64,000 nucleotides of DNA. Source: Candidatus Aenigmatarchaeota archaeon (GTDB lineage: Archaea > Aenigmatarchaeota > Aenigmatarchaeia > QMZP01 > QMZT01). Of the stretch, positions 38,132 to 48,656 are shown piece by piece (positions within the stretch are counted from its first letter, which is position 1; every line of letters starts with the position of its first letter). The position numbers were made by a program, and so were the translations under genes. The notes beneath the pieces are model-generated. The model worked only from the letters and a program-made list of their open reading frames with translations, was not told the origin of the DNA and ran no database searches. Location: contig CAVSBQ010000002.1 of assembly GCA_963726265.1 (NCBI GenBank), forward strand, positions 262,486 to 326,485. Direction: 5' to 3'.

Positions 38132-39043
38132 TCACTCACACAGCCACGGATACGCCTTCTTGACTTCCTCCACGAAGTTCTCGTGGGTGTAGACTCCCAG
38201 CTCGGAGATGATGGCCGTGACCAGGTCGGGATTTATGCGCTCGAAGCACGGGTTCTCGATTTTTATCCCCCTTGGAGCGCCGGGCCAGATTTCCTTCGCA
38301 GGCCGGAGCTCGATTTTTTCCTCGCGGCCATATATCCCCTCCGGGTCGAACTTCCACGAGTCGCCGCAGGCGTAAAGGGGAATGTCGTATTTGTCGGCTA
38401 TGACGGCGAAAAGCTCCGAGCCTATCTTGTTGTATATCTTCGTCGTCGTCACTGCGTCGAAGCCGAATAATATGATGTCCGATTTCTTGAGCGCGATCCT
38501 CGCCGCGGAGTCGACGAAATGGGTGACGGGGATTTTCATCTTCGCGAGCTCTTTCGCGGTGATTCTTCCCTGGAACAGCGGTCGCGCCTCCGTGTTGCAG
38601 ACCCGGAATTTCCTGCCGTCCGCCTTCGCTTCTTTCAGGATTGCCATGACCGTCGACGAATGGCAGTGCGTGAAGACGACCATGCCGTTCTCGATTTTCT
38701 TCGCCCCGATTTCGGCTATGGTCTGCTGCGCGGAATCGAAGTGTTCCAAGGTTTCGGAGCACATGATGCGCAGCCGCTTCTTCAGGTCGTGGACGTTCCT
38801 GTCATGCGACTGGAGCGAGTCGATGACATACGCTATGGCGTTCCTCATGAGCGGCTCGGTCGGCCGCGAAGAGAAAAGCAATTTTTTCGCCTTCTCAAGT
38901 TCGGAGAAAAAGACCGCGGTAGAATGCGTTTTAAGCGGCAGGCCGCGGTGCTCGATAGCCTGGACGGCGTTTATTGCGACGTTTTCCGCGCCCTGTATCT
39001 TTACCGCCTTTATGTCGCGGAGTATCTTCTCGAACTTGTCCAT
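38132..39043 (-). CDS. eIF-2B alpha/beta/delta-family protein (aIF-2B subunit or ribose-1,5-bisphosphate isomerase-like)
   Basis: Family-typical IQGAENVA N-domain and a Rossmann-like C-domain (VFTHCHSSTV...). 303 aa. Confidence 0.75.
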   Translation of the reverse strand: MDKFEKILRDIKAVKIQGAENVAINAVQAIEHRGLPLKTHSTAVFFSELEKAKKLLFSSRPTEPLMRNAIAYVIDSLQSHDRNVHDLKKRLRIMCSETLEHFDSAQQTIAEIGAKKIENGMVVFTHCHSSTVMAILKEAKADGRKFRVCNTEARPLFQGRITAKELAKMKIPVTHFVDSAARIALKKSDIILFGFDAVTTTKIYNKIGSELFAVIADKYDIPLYACGDSWKFDPEGIYGREEKIELRPAKEIWPGAPRGIKIENPCFERINPDLVTAIISELGVYTHENFVEEVKKAYPWLCE

Positions 39044-39088
39044 GTTAAGAATTTGTCCCAGGCGGCTTAAATTTGTCTGGCTTTGCCG

Positions 39089-39667
39089 CTAGTCTTTCGC
39101 CGGCTTGACCTTCAGGCCGATCCCTTCAAGCCGCTTCTTGAAGTTGTTGAGCGCGGTGTTGATGTCGACCAGGCTGCGGCCGCCAGTGCAGATTATTTTT
39201 CCCGAGCCGAAAAGAAGGAACGCCGTTCGCGGGCTTTTCATCCTGTAGACGAGGCCGGGGAACTGCTCGGGCTCGTATTCGACCTCTTCCAGCGACATGG
39301 CGATTTCCTCGAGCATGAGCCTCGGCTTGACTTCGATTCTCGTCGAGGCAACGATGTTCTCGATGTTTATGTTGAACTTGGTCGGCATGGACGTCCCGGT
39401 CTTCTTTATGTCGAGGACGATTTTCCTCATGGCCTCCTTCGCCATCGCTATGCTCTTCGCTCCGGTGCAGACTATCTTGCCTGATGAAAAAATGAGCGCG
39501 GCCGCTCGCGGATCTTTAATCCTGTAGACGAGGCCGGGGAACTGCTCGGGCTCGTATTCGGTGTTGCCCATCTTCTCAACGAGCTTGTTCAGCACGATCT
39601 TCCTGCCCAAAACGGCGAAGGCCACTACGTTTTCGACTTTTATGTGAAATTCCACCACAAGCAACAC
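39089..39667 (-). CDS. tbp: TATA-box binding protein
   Basis: Two direct repeats, each with ENVVA/ENIVAS...YEPEQFPGLVYR...FSSGKIVCTG / FGSGKIICTG. GTG start with TATA-like elements immediately upstream. Confidence 0.9.
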   Translation of the reverse strand: MLLVVEFHIKVENVVAFAVLGRKIVLNKLVEKMGNTEYEPEQFPGLVYRIKDPRAAALIFSSGKIVCTGAKSIAMAKEAMRKIVLDIKKTGTSMPTKFNINIENIVASTRIEVKPRLMLEEIAMSLEEVEYEPEQFPGLVYRMKSPRTAFLLFGSGKIICTGGRSLVDINTALNNFKKRLEGIGLKVKPAKD

Positions 39668-39725
39668 CCTTTATACATTATTTGTATATAGCCACATAAA
39701 TAGTTCTTCGGAAAAAGCCCTTCTG

Positions 39726-41003
39726 CTAAGCCTTTTCACGGCCGAAAAGCCTGCTCTGCTTCGATGCCCCGGCCGTTCCTTTGCTTCGCGCCTCCTGCGC
39801 CTTCAGCAGGAATTTCTCCGCATCCTCCGCCCTGTCTTCGGCCAGCAGCTCGAACAGGCCTTCGAAATGCTTCGGGTCGAGTCCCGCTTTCGTCAGATTC
39901 TCGAGCAGGATTTTCCTGCCCATGTCCTCGACCGAGAGCTTGTGCTCTTCCAGCGTCTTGGTGGGGAGCGCCTTCTCTTCCTTCTCCTTTTTGAAAGAAA
40001 GTATGAGCCTGCTGCCGAATTTCATCTCCACGTCCTTCGCAAGCGTTTCGGCCTTGCCTTTCAGGTCGAGCCTCACTATCGCCTTTTTGTCAGGGTTAGC
40101 CGCGGCGATTTCGTGCAGCTCCTTCTCAAGCGCCTCTTTGTCGTCCGCCCCGAACTGCCTCACATAGACCCTGCGCTGGTTCTCGAGCGGAATCCAGTAG
40201 AAGCGCACGCCGCCCCTGTCTATGAACTTCGTCGCTTTCGGCGGGTCGCTCGCGAGGTCGCGCATTGAAGTCTCGACTATCCAGAAGCCCTTCGGCTCTT
40301 CTGATTCGTCCTTTATCTGGGTGGGCACGAGCGAACCGGTAAGGATGAAAGGTTTGCCCGCATAATCGGCATGCTTCGCCTCGTGTATGTGGCCGTTGAC
40401 ATAGAGGTCGAAGCCCTTCGGCAGCTTGTCCAGGCCGAGCGTATGCTGCGCGTAGAGGAACTCGGCAATCGACTGGTGGAGGACGATGATGTTGAAGCAA
40501 CCGTGCTCTGGCGCAGGATTCCAGTTAGACAGCACGCTTTCCGCATACTGGTCGGGAACGCCCGACATGCCCTGTATGGCGACGCGTTCCCCGTCCTTCT
40601 CGAATATCACGCCGTTGCAGTGCAGGTATGTCAGGAAGCCAGCCTTCTCAAGCGCCTCGACCGGATTCAGAAATCCCTTCGTGCGCCGCTCGTGCGTGCC
40701 GTGTATCGCGACGGTGGGTATGCCCATGAGCGCGATTTCCGAAACCTTGGATATGTCCTTCCCGATGCCCTGCACGAGCTTGAGGCCGCTTTGCTCGAGC
40801 AGCGGGGGAATCATCAGTTCCATCGCCTTCGTCAGCGTCTCGGCGTCGGGGCTCCGCGTATCGAAAATGTCGCCGGCGAAAAGAATCAGGTCGCAGCCCA
40901 GCGTCTTGCCTATCGCTTCCCTGAAGGCATCGAACGGGTCTTCCGCGCGCTCGCTGCCCGCGCCGAAGCCGAAATGGAAATCCGAAAGGATTGCGATTCT
41001 CAT
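39726..41003 (-). CDS. mre11: Mre11/SbcD-family DNA repair metallophosphoesterase
   Basis: Motifs DFHFG, AGDIFD, HGTHE and NGHIHE. 425 aa. Confidence 0.75.
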   Translation of the reverse strand: MRIAILSDFHFGFGAGSERAEDPFDAFREAIGKTLGCDLILFAGDIFDTRSPDAETLTKAMELMIPPLLEQSGLKLVQGIGKDISKVSEIALMGIPTVAIHGTHERRTKGFLNPVEALEKAGFLTYLHCNGVIFEKDGERVAIQGMSGVPDQYAESVLSNWNPAPEHGCFNIIVLHQSIAEFLYAQHTLGLDKLPKGFDLYVNGHIHEAKHADYAGKPFILTGSLVPTQIKDESEEPKGFWIVETSMRDLASDPPKATKFIDRGGVRFYWIPLENQRRVYVRQFGADDKEALEKELHEIAAANPDKKAIVRLDLKGKAETLAKDVEMKFGSRLILSFKKEKEEKALPTKTLEEHKLSVEDMGRKILLENLTKAGLDPKHFEGLFELLAEDRAEDAEKFLLKAQEARSKGTAGASKQSRLFGREKA

Positions 41004-41147
41004 GCTTTCAACCCACTCTCATGGATATAATGGCGAAGGGTAATAAAAATAATCGTATGCAAGAAATCTGTTAAACATGTAACCACCAGAAAGAAGCTAC
41101 AATAATAAAGTATTTAAATCTGTTATTCAAAAGTTATTTGTGATAAC

Positions 41148-41333
41148 ATGAGTGACGACTTTAGAAAGGAATTTAGTGACATGAGTGGAGAAGCGGAACG
41201 AACCAGGAAAAACTATGTTGTTCTAGGCCCATACAACAGTACACCGCCATGGGACGGGCACTTTGCCGATACGGGCGTTAGCCAACGCGCACAATCTACA
41301 AGAGACGTGAAAGGGGCAAACTTATTTATTTAG
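41148..41333 (+). CDS. Possible small hypothetical protein (61 aa)
   Basis: ORF in an AT-rich patch; no recognised domain. Confidence 0.3.
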   Translation: MSDDFRKEFSDMSGEAERTRKNYVVLGPYNSTPPWDGHFADTGVSQRAQSTRDVKGANLFI

Positions 41334-41359
41334 GATTTTTGCCGTATAGGAACGAGTGA

Positions 41360-41791
41360 ATGAACATGAAAGGATACAAAGGATTCAAAGGGCATTTTTT
41401 TGTTTCTGATAAAGGGAATATCGACGCTGTCGTTGAAGCCCTTAACAATGCGTACATTTATGTAATGGGACTTGAACCGCGATACATTGCTACTGGCGGT
41501 AAAATGCATACGAATGATGATGGCTCTAGAAGGCCAGTATACAACAAAGACAGCGGGTGGATTAGCGATGCCGAAGGAACCCAGCTCGCAGTGGTGCATG
41601 AGCCCGGAAATGTCCCGAGGACAACCGCAACTGGCTCCGTGATTGAAAATCCGCGGCTTGTGGAAATATTCGCGACAGGAAGTTTAGACGCCAAATTGAT
41701 AATGACGTTCATCGAAAGGACTATGCTTGAAAAAGGTTTTGAAATTGGCATGAATCCTTCTGAATACCTTTATACAATTGGCGACGCCTGA
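41360..41791 (+). CDS. Hypothetical protein (143 aa)
   Basis: ORF with an ATG in an AT-rich patch between mre11 and purF; no recognised domain. Confidence 0.45.
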   Translation: MNMKGYKGFKGHFFVSDKGNIDAVVEALNNAYIYVMGLEPRYIATGGKMHTNDDGSRRPVYNKDSGWISDAEGTQLAVVHEPGNVPRTTATGSVIENPRLVEIFATGSLDAKLIMTFIERTMLEKGFEIGMNPSEYLYTIGDA

Positions 41792-41862
41792 ATATCTCAT
41801 TGTCATGAGCGTAAGCCAGGCTGTGGCCCAAAACTTAAAAATCCATGCGCCAATAAAATAAA

Positions 41863-43300
41863 ATGTCAGGCATAATCGGCATCTTCTCGGTGGATGACAA
41901 GAACATAATGGACGACCTGTTCTACGGCCTCGCGGCCCTGCAGCATCAGCGGGGAAGAAGGCTGCGGCATAAGCGTCAACAACGGCAAATATTTTCACAC
42001 GCTTTCCAGCGATGGTCCGGTCTACTACTTCCTCAAGGACAAGCTGGAAGGCCTGAAAAGGCTGAAGCCATCGATGGGCATAGGCCACACGCTCTACGAA
42101 AGGAGCGGGGACCTGCAGCCCGTCGAGCAGTGGGGCGACCAGAACGTGAACATCTCGCTGGCAATGGACGGGGTCCTGCTCGGATTCGGGGAGAAAAAGC
42201 ACGACAGCGTGATGCGCACGCTGTTCCTCGATTACCTGAGGGAGGATGGCAATTTCTATTCGGCCGCCAGGAAGCTGATGGAAAAGCTCGATGGCAGGGG
42301 CCCTTACAGCGTGGTCATAGCGGTCAGGAAAGGCGGTAAATTTTATCTTATCGCTTTCCGCGACCCGAAGGGCATAAAGCCGCTGTGCCTGGGCAGGAAG
42401 GATAATGTTTACGTGATAGCGTCGGAGACCAAGGCGCTGGACAGCCTGGAAGCGGCCTTCGTCAAGGACGTGGAGCCCGGAGAGGTGCTCATCATCTCCA
42501 AGGGCGGCATGGAATCGAGGGTGGTCAGGAAGGACCGCCACGCCCACTGCGCCTTCGAATGGATATACTTCGCGGACCCGACGTCGTCAATCGAGGGCAG
42601 GAACGTTTACCTAGTGAGGAAAACTCTCGGGGAGAAGCTTGCCCGGAGATACCCGCTTGACGTTGACGTTGTCATAGCCTCCCCGGATTCCGGCAGGGGG
42701 GTCGCAATCGGCTACCAGCAGGAGCTGTGCAGGATAAAACAGAAGTTCGTGCCCTTCGAGGAGGCCAGCGTAAAGAATCCCGGAGCGAAGAGGACGTTTC
42801 AAGTGGAAAACCCCCAGGAAAGGGTGATGGCCGCCAGGACGAAGTTTTTCATAAACAAGGAAGTGGTCAGGGGCAAGAAGGTCGCGTGCGGCGACGACAG
42901 CATAGTGAGGGGCACGGTCTTCAGGGACGGCATGGTCTACAAGCTGAGGGCGGCAGGAACCGAGGCGATTATATCGGTCATATCGTGCCCGCCGCTTGCA
43001 TACCCGTGCATAAAGGACCCGAAAGGCAAGACCTTCGCCGCGCAGGGGCTGACGGGCACGGTTGAGGAAATAGGGGAAAAGGTCGCGAAGAAAATTAACG
43101 TCGACAAGGTCTGCTACCCGACCATAGAGGAAATGGACCAGGCCATAGGCCACACGGACACGTGCAAGGCCTGCTTCAACGGCGTATATCCCATCAGGAA
43201 AAAGTTCATCTTCTGCAACGGCGAAGGCGGGGAAAGGAACATCGCGTTTTTCATAAACAAGGGCAGGGCAAAGGAGAAAAGAAGCGGAAGCGGCGAGTGA
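41863..43300 (+). CDS. purF: Amidophosphoribosyltransferase; +1 frame disruption near 41953; N-terminal MSG rather than MCG
   Basis: Frame A gives MSGIIGIF...LFYGLAALQHQR. Frame B gives EEGCGISV...SMGIGHTLYE... and the PRPP loop GDDSIVRGT. Confidence 0.8.
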
Positions 43301-43301
43301 G

Positions 43302-44285
43302 TCAGCTCATCCAGCCTATGTCCGAGTCGTCCGTCCTCCATCTCGGGTCGACGTCGGCTTTTTCTGTTTTAATGTTTTGCCCGGCTTTGTGAGCGAGTAT
43401 GCCGGTCCATGCAATCATCGCGCCGTTGTCGCCAGCGAATTCGCGCGGGACGACCTTGAACTTCGCTCCCCGCTCCTCGCACATTTTGTTGAGCATTTCC
43501 TGCAGGCGCATGTTCGCAGCGACGCCGCCCGTGAGCAGGACCTGGTCCTTGCCGAGATGCGCGAGCGCGCGCTCCGTGACCTCGGTCAGCATTGAAAAGA
43601 AGACCTCCTGGATGGAGTAACAAATATTTTCGAGTGGCTCGCCCTTCTCATGCTTCTTTATGCATTCTGTCACTATGCCGGAGAACGACAAATCCATGCC
43701 CTTCACGACGTAGGGAAGCTCTATCCATTTCCCATTTTTTGCGAGCTGCTCTATTTTGGGAGCTTGCGGAAAATCGAGGCCCACAGCGCGGCCGAACTTG
43801 TCTAGCGCGTTTCCGATGCCGATGTCCATGCACTCGCCGAAAACGCGGTAGCGGCCGCTAGCGAAGGAAATAATCTGCGTGTTGCCGCCCGAAACATAAA
43901 CCACGACAGGGTCTTCGTAGCCGGACGTGAGTCTGCCGATTTCGATATGGGCTATGCAGTGGTTCACAGGCGCGAGCGGCAGCTTGTTTTTTTCAGCGAG
44001 CTCTTTCGCCAGCGCTAGGCCTTTGTGCAGGCACGGAGGCAGGCCAGGACCGCGAGAATACGCAATTAAACCCATGTCCTCGATTTTCAGCTTCGCTTTC
44101 TCCAGCGCCGCGCCGAGGACTGAATGTTTCGCTTCTTCATGATGCTTTCCCGCATCCATGGGGATTATGCCCCAGCCGGCCTTCGGCTTGTATACCGAGC
44201 GCTCATTAGCGAGCACGCGGCCTTTGTCGTCGCATATGCCGATGCCGAAAGTGTGAGCGGTGGATTCGATGCCCAAGCAAATCAT
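43302..44285 (-). CDS. kae1: Kae1 (tRNA t6A37 threonylcarbamoyltransferase, KEOPS catalytic subunit)
   Basis: MICLGIESTAHTFGIGI, HCIAHIE and SGGNTQ motifs. ATG at 44285; the track ORF starts at a TTG at 44294. Confidence 0.9.
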   Translation of the reverse strand: MICLGIESTAHTFGIGICDDKGRVLANERSVYKPKAGWGIIPMDAGKHHEEAKHSVLGAALEKAKLKIEDMGLIAYSRGPGLPPCLHKGLALAKELAEKNKLPLAPVNHCIAHIEIGRLTSGYEDPVVVYVSGGNTQIISFASGRYRVFGECMDIGIGNALDKFGRAVGLDFPQAPKIEQLAKNGKWIELPYVVKGMDLSFSGIVTECIKKHEKGEPLENICYSIQEVFFSMLTEVTERALAHLGKDQVLLTGGVAANMRLQEMLNKMCEERGAKFKVVPREFAGDNGAMIAWTGILAHKAGQNIKTEKADVDPRWRTDDSDIGWMS

Positions 44286-44343
44286 AAATTTCAATTATAT
44301 TTAGATGTTTATAAAATGCAAGACAAAATGGTAATATGATAAT

Positions 44344-46014
44344 ATGATATCCGACAAACCACTGCCCGAAGGGCAGCAATATGACATTATAATCATAACC
44401 GGCGACGCCTATGCAGACCATCCGCTGTGCGGCGCGGCAGTCATAGCGCGAACGCTTGAAAGCGAAGGCTATTCGGTAGGCATAATCGAGACTCCGGACT
44501 GGCTCGACGATGAGGAATTCACGAAGCTCGGCGAGCCGCGGCTTTTCTTCGGCATTACAGCAGGGGCGATGGACAGCATGCTCGACAACTACACGCCGCT
44601 GATAAAGGAGCGTGACGAAGACGAGCACAAACGCTACACTCCGCAGAAGCCGGACCGCGCGGTGATAGTTTACGCGAACATGATAAGACGCAGCTACAAG
44701 AAGACACCCATGGTGCTTGGCGGCGTCGAAGCGTCGCTGCGGCGATTCGCGCACTTCGACTACTGGAGCAACAAGCTTAGAAGGTCGATACTCCCTGAAT
44801 CGAGGGCGGAAATCCTAGCTTATGGTAACGCGGAGCATGCGATAGTCGAGATTGCGAAGAGGCTGGAAAAAAACGAAGCGCTGGACGGCATAGAAGGCAC
44901 GTGCGTCGCAAGGAACGAGGCGCCTCACGGCTTCAGAATCATGCCTTCGTTCGATGAAGTCGCCGCCGACAAAATGAAGTTCTGCAAGATGCAGCTCATG
45001 TTCAGCAACGACGAGAACCTCGCGCAGAAGACTGGCGACAAGTTCATCCTGCAATACAAAAGCCACCGCTACACGCCCGAAGAGCTCGACAAAACCTACG
45101 AGCTTCCCTACTCCCGCGACATCCCGGAGAAAGCGGAGTATCTAAAGGGCATGCAGTTCAGCGTCCTTACGCATCGCGGCTGCATAGGCAACTGCAGCTT
45201 CTGCTCCATCACACTGCATCAGGGTACGCGCATCGTTTCGCGCTCGGAGGCTTCGATACTGCGCGAAATCGCCTCACTGACGAAACACAAGGATTTCAAG
45301 GGCTACATCGACGACCTCGGCGGGCCGTCTGCGAACATGTACGGCATGGACTGCCACGTGTGCAAAGGCAACTGCCTAGTGTGCAACCATCTGGACCGCA
45401 GCCACTCGAAGCTGATCATGCTCATGGAGAAGGCGAGGCAAATTCCCGGCGTGAAGAAGATTTTCGTGCGCTCCGGCATACGCTACGATCTCGCGCTCGA
45501 GTCAAGGCAATACATCAAGGAGATTTCAAGGCACCATATTTCAGGCTACCTGAAAATCGCGCCGGAGCACTGCAACCCCCACGTCCTCAAGCTCATGAAC
45601 AAATACGTGCCCGGCAGCTTGGAGAAGTTCGTTTCCGTTTTCGGGGAAATAAACAAGGGAACGGGCCAGACGCTCAAATACTACGTCATAGCCGCGCATC
45701 CCGGCAGCTCCAAAATAGAAAACGACGAACTGAAGAAGTTCGTCGCAAAGGTCGGGCGCGACGCGATAATCCAGACGTTCACGCCCACGCCCATGAGCCT
45801 CAGCACGTGCATGTATTACACGGGCATGGACCCGCGCACCGGGAAGCCGGTCTACGTCCCGCGCGGCTTCAGGGACAAGAAAATCCAGAAGAACGAGCTG
45901 ATGTTTTCCATACACGGCATGCGCGCGGCCAGCATACCAAAGCGCCAGGACTTCCGCGCATCTAAAAACAAGCATCAGGCCGGACATCAAGGCAAGCGGC
46001 ATAAAATGTTTTAA
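44344..46014 (+). CDS. ygiQ: YgiQ/UPF0313-family radical SAM protein
   Basis: N-terminus ITGDAYADHPLCGAAVIARTLESEGYSVGII and CxxxCxxC (CIGNCSFC). 556 aa. Confidence 0.85.
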   Translation: MISDKPLPEGQQYDIIIITGDAYADHPLCGAAVIARTLESEGYSVGIIETPDWLDDEEFTKLGEPRLFFGITAGAMDSMLDNYTPLIKERDEDEHKRYTPQKPDRAVIVYANMIRRSYKKTPMVLGGVEASLRRFAHFDYWSNKLRRSILPESRAEILAYGNAEHAIVEIAKRLEKNEALDGIEGTCVARNEAPHGFRIMPSFDEVAADKMKFCKMQLMFSNDENLAQKTGDKFILQYKSHRYTPEELDKTYELPYSRDIPEKAEYLKGMQFSVLTHRGCIGNCSFCSITLHQGTRIVSRSEASILREIASLTKHKDFKGYIDDLGGPSANMYGMDCHVCKGNCLVCNHLDRSHSKLIMLMEKARQIPGVKKIFVRSGIRYDLALESRQYIKEISRHHISGYLKIAPEHCNPHVLKLMNKYVPGSLEKFVSVFGEINKGTGQTLKYYVIAAHPGSSKIENDELKKFVAKVGRDAIIQTFTPTPMSLSTCMYYTGMDPRTGKPVYVPRGFRDKKIQKNELMFSIHGMRAASIPKRQDFRASKNKHQAGHQGKRHKMF

Positions 46015-46058
46015 AACCAGAAACCGAATAAGAATATCGCCAAAGGTGGGGAAACTGC

Positions 46059-47374
46059 ATGATAAAGGTTCTTCTCATAGGCAACGGCGCGCGAGAGCAT
46101 GCGATTGCCGAAGCGATACGCCGCTCGCCGCAGACCCACTGCGCTCTTTTCCTACATGAAGGCGAACAATCCAGGAATTCGAAGCCTCTCACAGAAATGC
46201 GAGCTGGGCGATTACAATGATATCGGGAAGATGACTGATTTTGCAAAACATGTCGCCGCGGACTTCTGCGTGGTCGGGCCTGAAGCTCCGCTGGATTACG
46301 GCGCGGTGGACGCGCTCGCGAAGAGCCGGCGTCCCGTCGGTCGGGCCTGTGAAAGAACTGGCGAAGCTCGAGACGTCGAAAGCGTTCACTCGACTGCTCG
46401 CGCAGAAATACAAAATTCCCGGCTCGCCGCAGTTCGAAGTGTTCAAAAACATGAACGGCATCAGGGAATTTTTGCATTCGCTCGCTTCTTTCGTGGTCAA
46501 GCCGGACGGCCTGACGGGCGGCAAAGGTGTTATGGTTCACGGGGAGCATTTGAAAAATGCGGAGGACGCGCTCAGATACTGCGAGGAAGTTTTGAAGGCC
46601 CATGCATCCGTCATCGTCGAGGAGAAACTGGAAGGCGAGGAGTTCTCGCTGCAGAGCTTCACTGACGGCAGATTCGTGCTCGATTCGCCGCCCGCGCAGG
46701 ACCACAAGAGGGCGTATGTGAATGACGAGGGTCCCAATACTGGCGGCATGGGCTCTTATTCATGCACGGACCATCTCCTTCCCTTCATCACGAAAAGCGA
46801 CCTGGAGGAAGCGCATCGCATAACCGAGCTGATGGCGAAGGCAATCGAGAAAGAGACTGGAACGCTCTATAAGGGCGTCATGTACGGCGGCTTCATGGTG
46901 ACGCGCGACGGCGTGAAACTGCTCGAATACAACGCGCGGCTCGGCGACCCCGAGGCCATGAACGTGCTCCCGATACTCAGGAGCGATTTCATAGACCTAT
47001 GCTATGGCATCGTCAACGGCAGCCTTTCGAAAGCCAAAACTCATTTTGAAAACAGGTCTACCGTATGCAAATACGTCGTACCCAGGGGTTATCCTGACAA
47101 CCCCGTCAAGGGAGAGAAAATCGAGGTTCCGAATGCGCCGAGGGCGAAGATGTATTATGCGTCCGTCGACCAGAGACCAGAAGGCTTATACATGAGCGGC
47201 TCCCGCGCAATCGCTTTCGTTGGAGTGTCGCAGGATTTCGGCGAGGCGGAAAAAATCGCCGAGGAAGCCGTCAGGTCGGTAAAGGGGAGCGTGTTCCACA
47301 GGCCTGACATAGGGACGAAGGCGCTGCTCGAGAAACGCGTGCGCCACATGGAAATGCTGAGAGGGAAGCCATGA
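46059..47374 (+). CDS. purD: Phosphoribosylamine-glycine ligase; two +1 frame disruptions (about 46152 and 46327)
   Basis: Frame 0 gives MIKVLLIGNGAREHAIAEAIRRSPQ. Frame +1 gives ALFSYMKANNPG...FCVVGPEAPLDYGAVDALAKS. Frame +2 gives GVPSVGPVKELAKLETSKAF...VVKPDGLTGGKGV... through to the end. Confidence 0.85.
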
Positions 47375-48222
47375 CTGCAAAAATACTTGACGGCAGGAAA
47401 CTCTCGAACGAAATATGCCTGCAGCTGAAGAGGAAAACCGAGCGCCTTAAAAGCAAAGGGATTATCCCGAGGCTGGACATTATACTTGTCGGAGAGGACG
47501 CGGCTTCGAAGCTTTACGTGAGGAACAAGATTCGCGCTTCCGAGCAGATAGGCATGAAAGGCGAGCTACACAGCTTTCCGGAAAAAACCAGCGGAGAAAA
47601 AGTTGCAAGCCTGATAAAAAAGCTCAACGCGGACAAAAACGTGCACGGCATCCTCGTGCAGCTGCCGCTGCCTTCGCATCTTGACGAGCAGAAGATTCTC
47701 GATACGATAACGCCGGAGAAAGATGTCGACGGCCTGACCGCATGCAGCATCGGAAGACTTGCAGGCGGCGAAGCACTGTTCGAGCCGTGCACGCCGAAAG
47801 GCATAATGAAGCTCCTCGATCACGCAAGAATCCCGATCGAGGGGGAAAATGCGGTGGTCATAGGCAGGAGCAACATCGTGGGAAAGCCCATGGCGCTCAT
47901 GCTGCTGAAAAGGAACGCGACCGTGACCATATGCCATTCCAAAACAAAGCGCCTCCAGGAGCACACGAAAAACGCCGACATACTTGTGGCAGCGGTAGGG
48001 AAGGCGAACTTCGTTAAGGAAAGCATGGTGAAGAAAGGCGCGGTCGTCATAGACGCCGGCATAAACCGCAGCGGAGGAAAAATCTGCGGAGACGTTGATT
48101 TTGCGAAGGTGAGGGACAGGGCATCGGCCATAACGCCCGTACCAGGCGGGGTCGGGCCGCTCACCGTAGCGATGGTTATCGAGAACACGCTGATTGCGGC
48201 TGAAAGACTACTCCAGAAATAG
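47371..48222 (+). CDS. folD: Bifunctional methylenetetrahydrofolate dehydrogenase/methenyl-THF cyclohydrolase
   Basis: ILVQLPLP, DVDG, GRSNIVGKP and PVPGGVGP motifs. ATGA overlap with purD. Confidence 0.9.
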   Translation: MTAKILDGRKLSNEICLQLKRKTERLKSKGIIPRLDIILVGEDAASKLYVRNKIRASEQIGMKGELHSFPEKTSGEKVASLIKKLNADKNVHGILVQLPLPSHLDEQKILDTITPEKDVDGLTACSIGRLAGGEALFEPCTPKGIMKLLDHARIPIEGENAVVIGRSNIVGKPMALMLLKRNATVTICHSKTKRLQEHTKNADILVAAVGKANFVKESMVKKGAVVIDAGINRSGGKICGDVDFAKVRDRASAITPVPGGVGPLTVAMVIENTLIAAERLLQK

Positions 48223-48656
48223 CTGCACGCAAGTCTTAAATCCTTTTGCGGAAAATAAGAAAAAATGGGAAAGAACAAGATATTTTCGGTTCACAATCCA
48301 TATGCCCAAGGCGAGCGGAGGCTCGGTTTCATATTTCATCTACTTGGTGCACGTAACCCATGGGGGAGTGGGGAACAGTCTGGCGGAAAAAACCAATGGA
48401 GTTTATCACAGCGCCTCCAATAATGTAAAAACCGGCCCGCTTTCACGAGACCAGATGCATCACTGGAATTACGCCTACAAGAGCGGCATAAAAAGCTACA
48501 AGATTCTCGGCACATTAAGAAAAATTCAGACATGATATATTGCCGCAGGAAACCCAGTCGGAAATTTTCTTCATATGAAACCTATAAAAAACAGAGAATC
48601 AGATAATTATTTGTTATGAGCATAGTGATGCTTAGGTAATCGTCAGGAGGGTTATT

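Noticed and set aside
48280-48310. tRNA-like T-loop (GGTTCACAATCC) in the folD-purN gap.
   Set aside because: Flanking bases do not form a T-stem or acceptor stem, and no cloverleaf can be built.
48340-48420. Possible ZTP/pfl-like riboswitch upstream of purN-purH (GTCTGGCG ... GCGCCTCC).
   Set aside because: There is only a superficial resemblance to the GACUGGCG / CCGCCUGGGC cores. The pseudoknot partner does not match, and this riboswitch class is bacterial. It is not supportable by eye.
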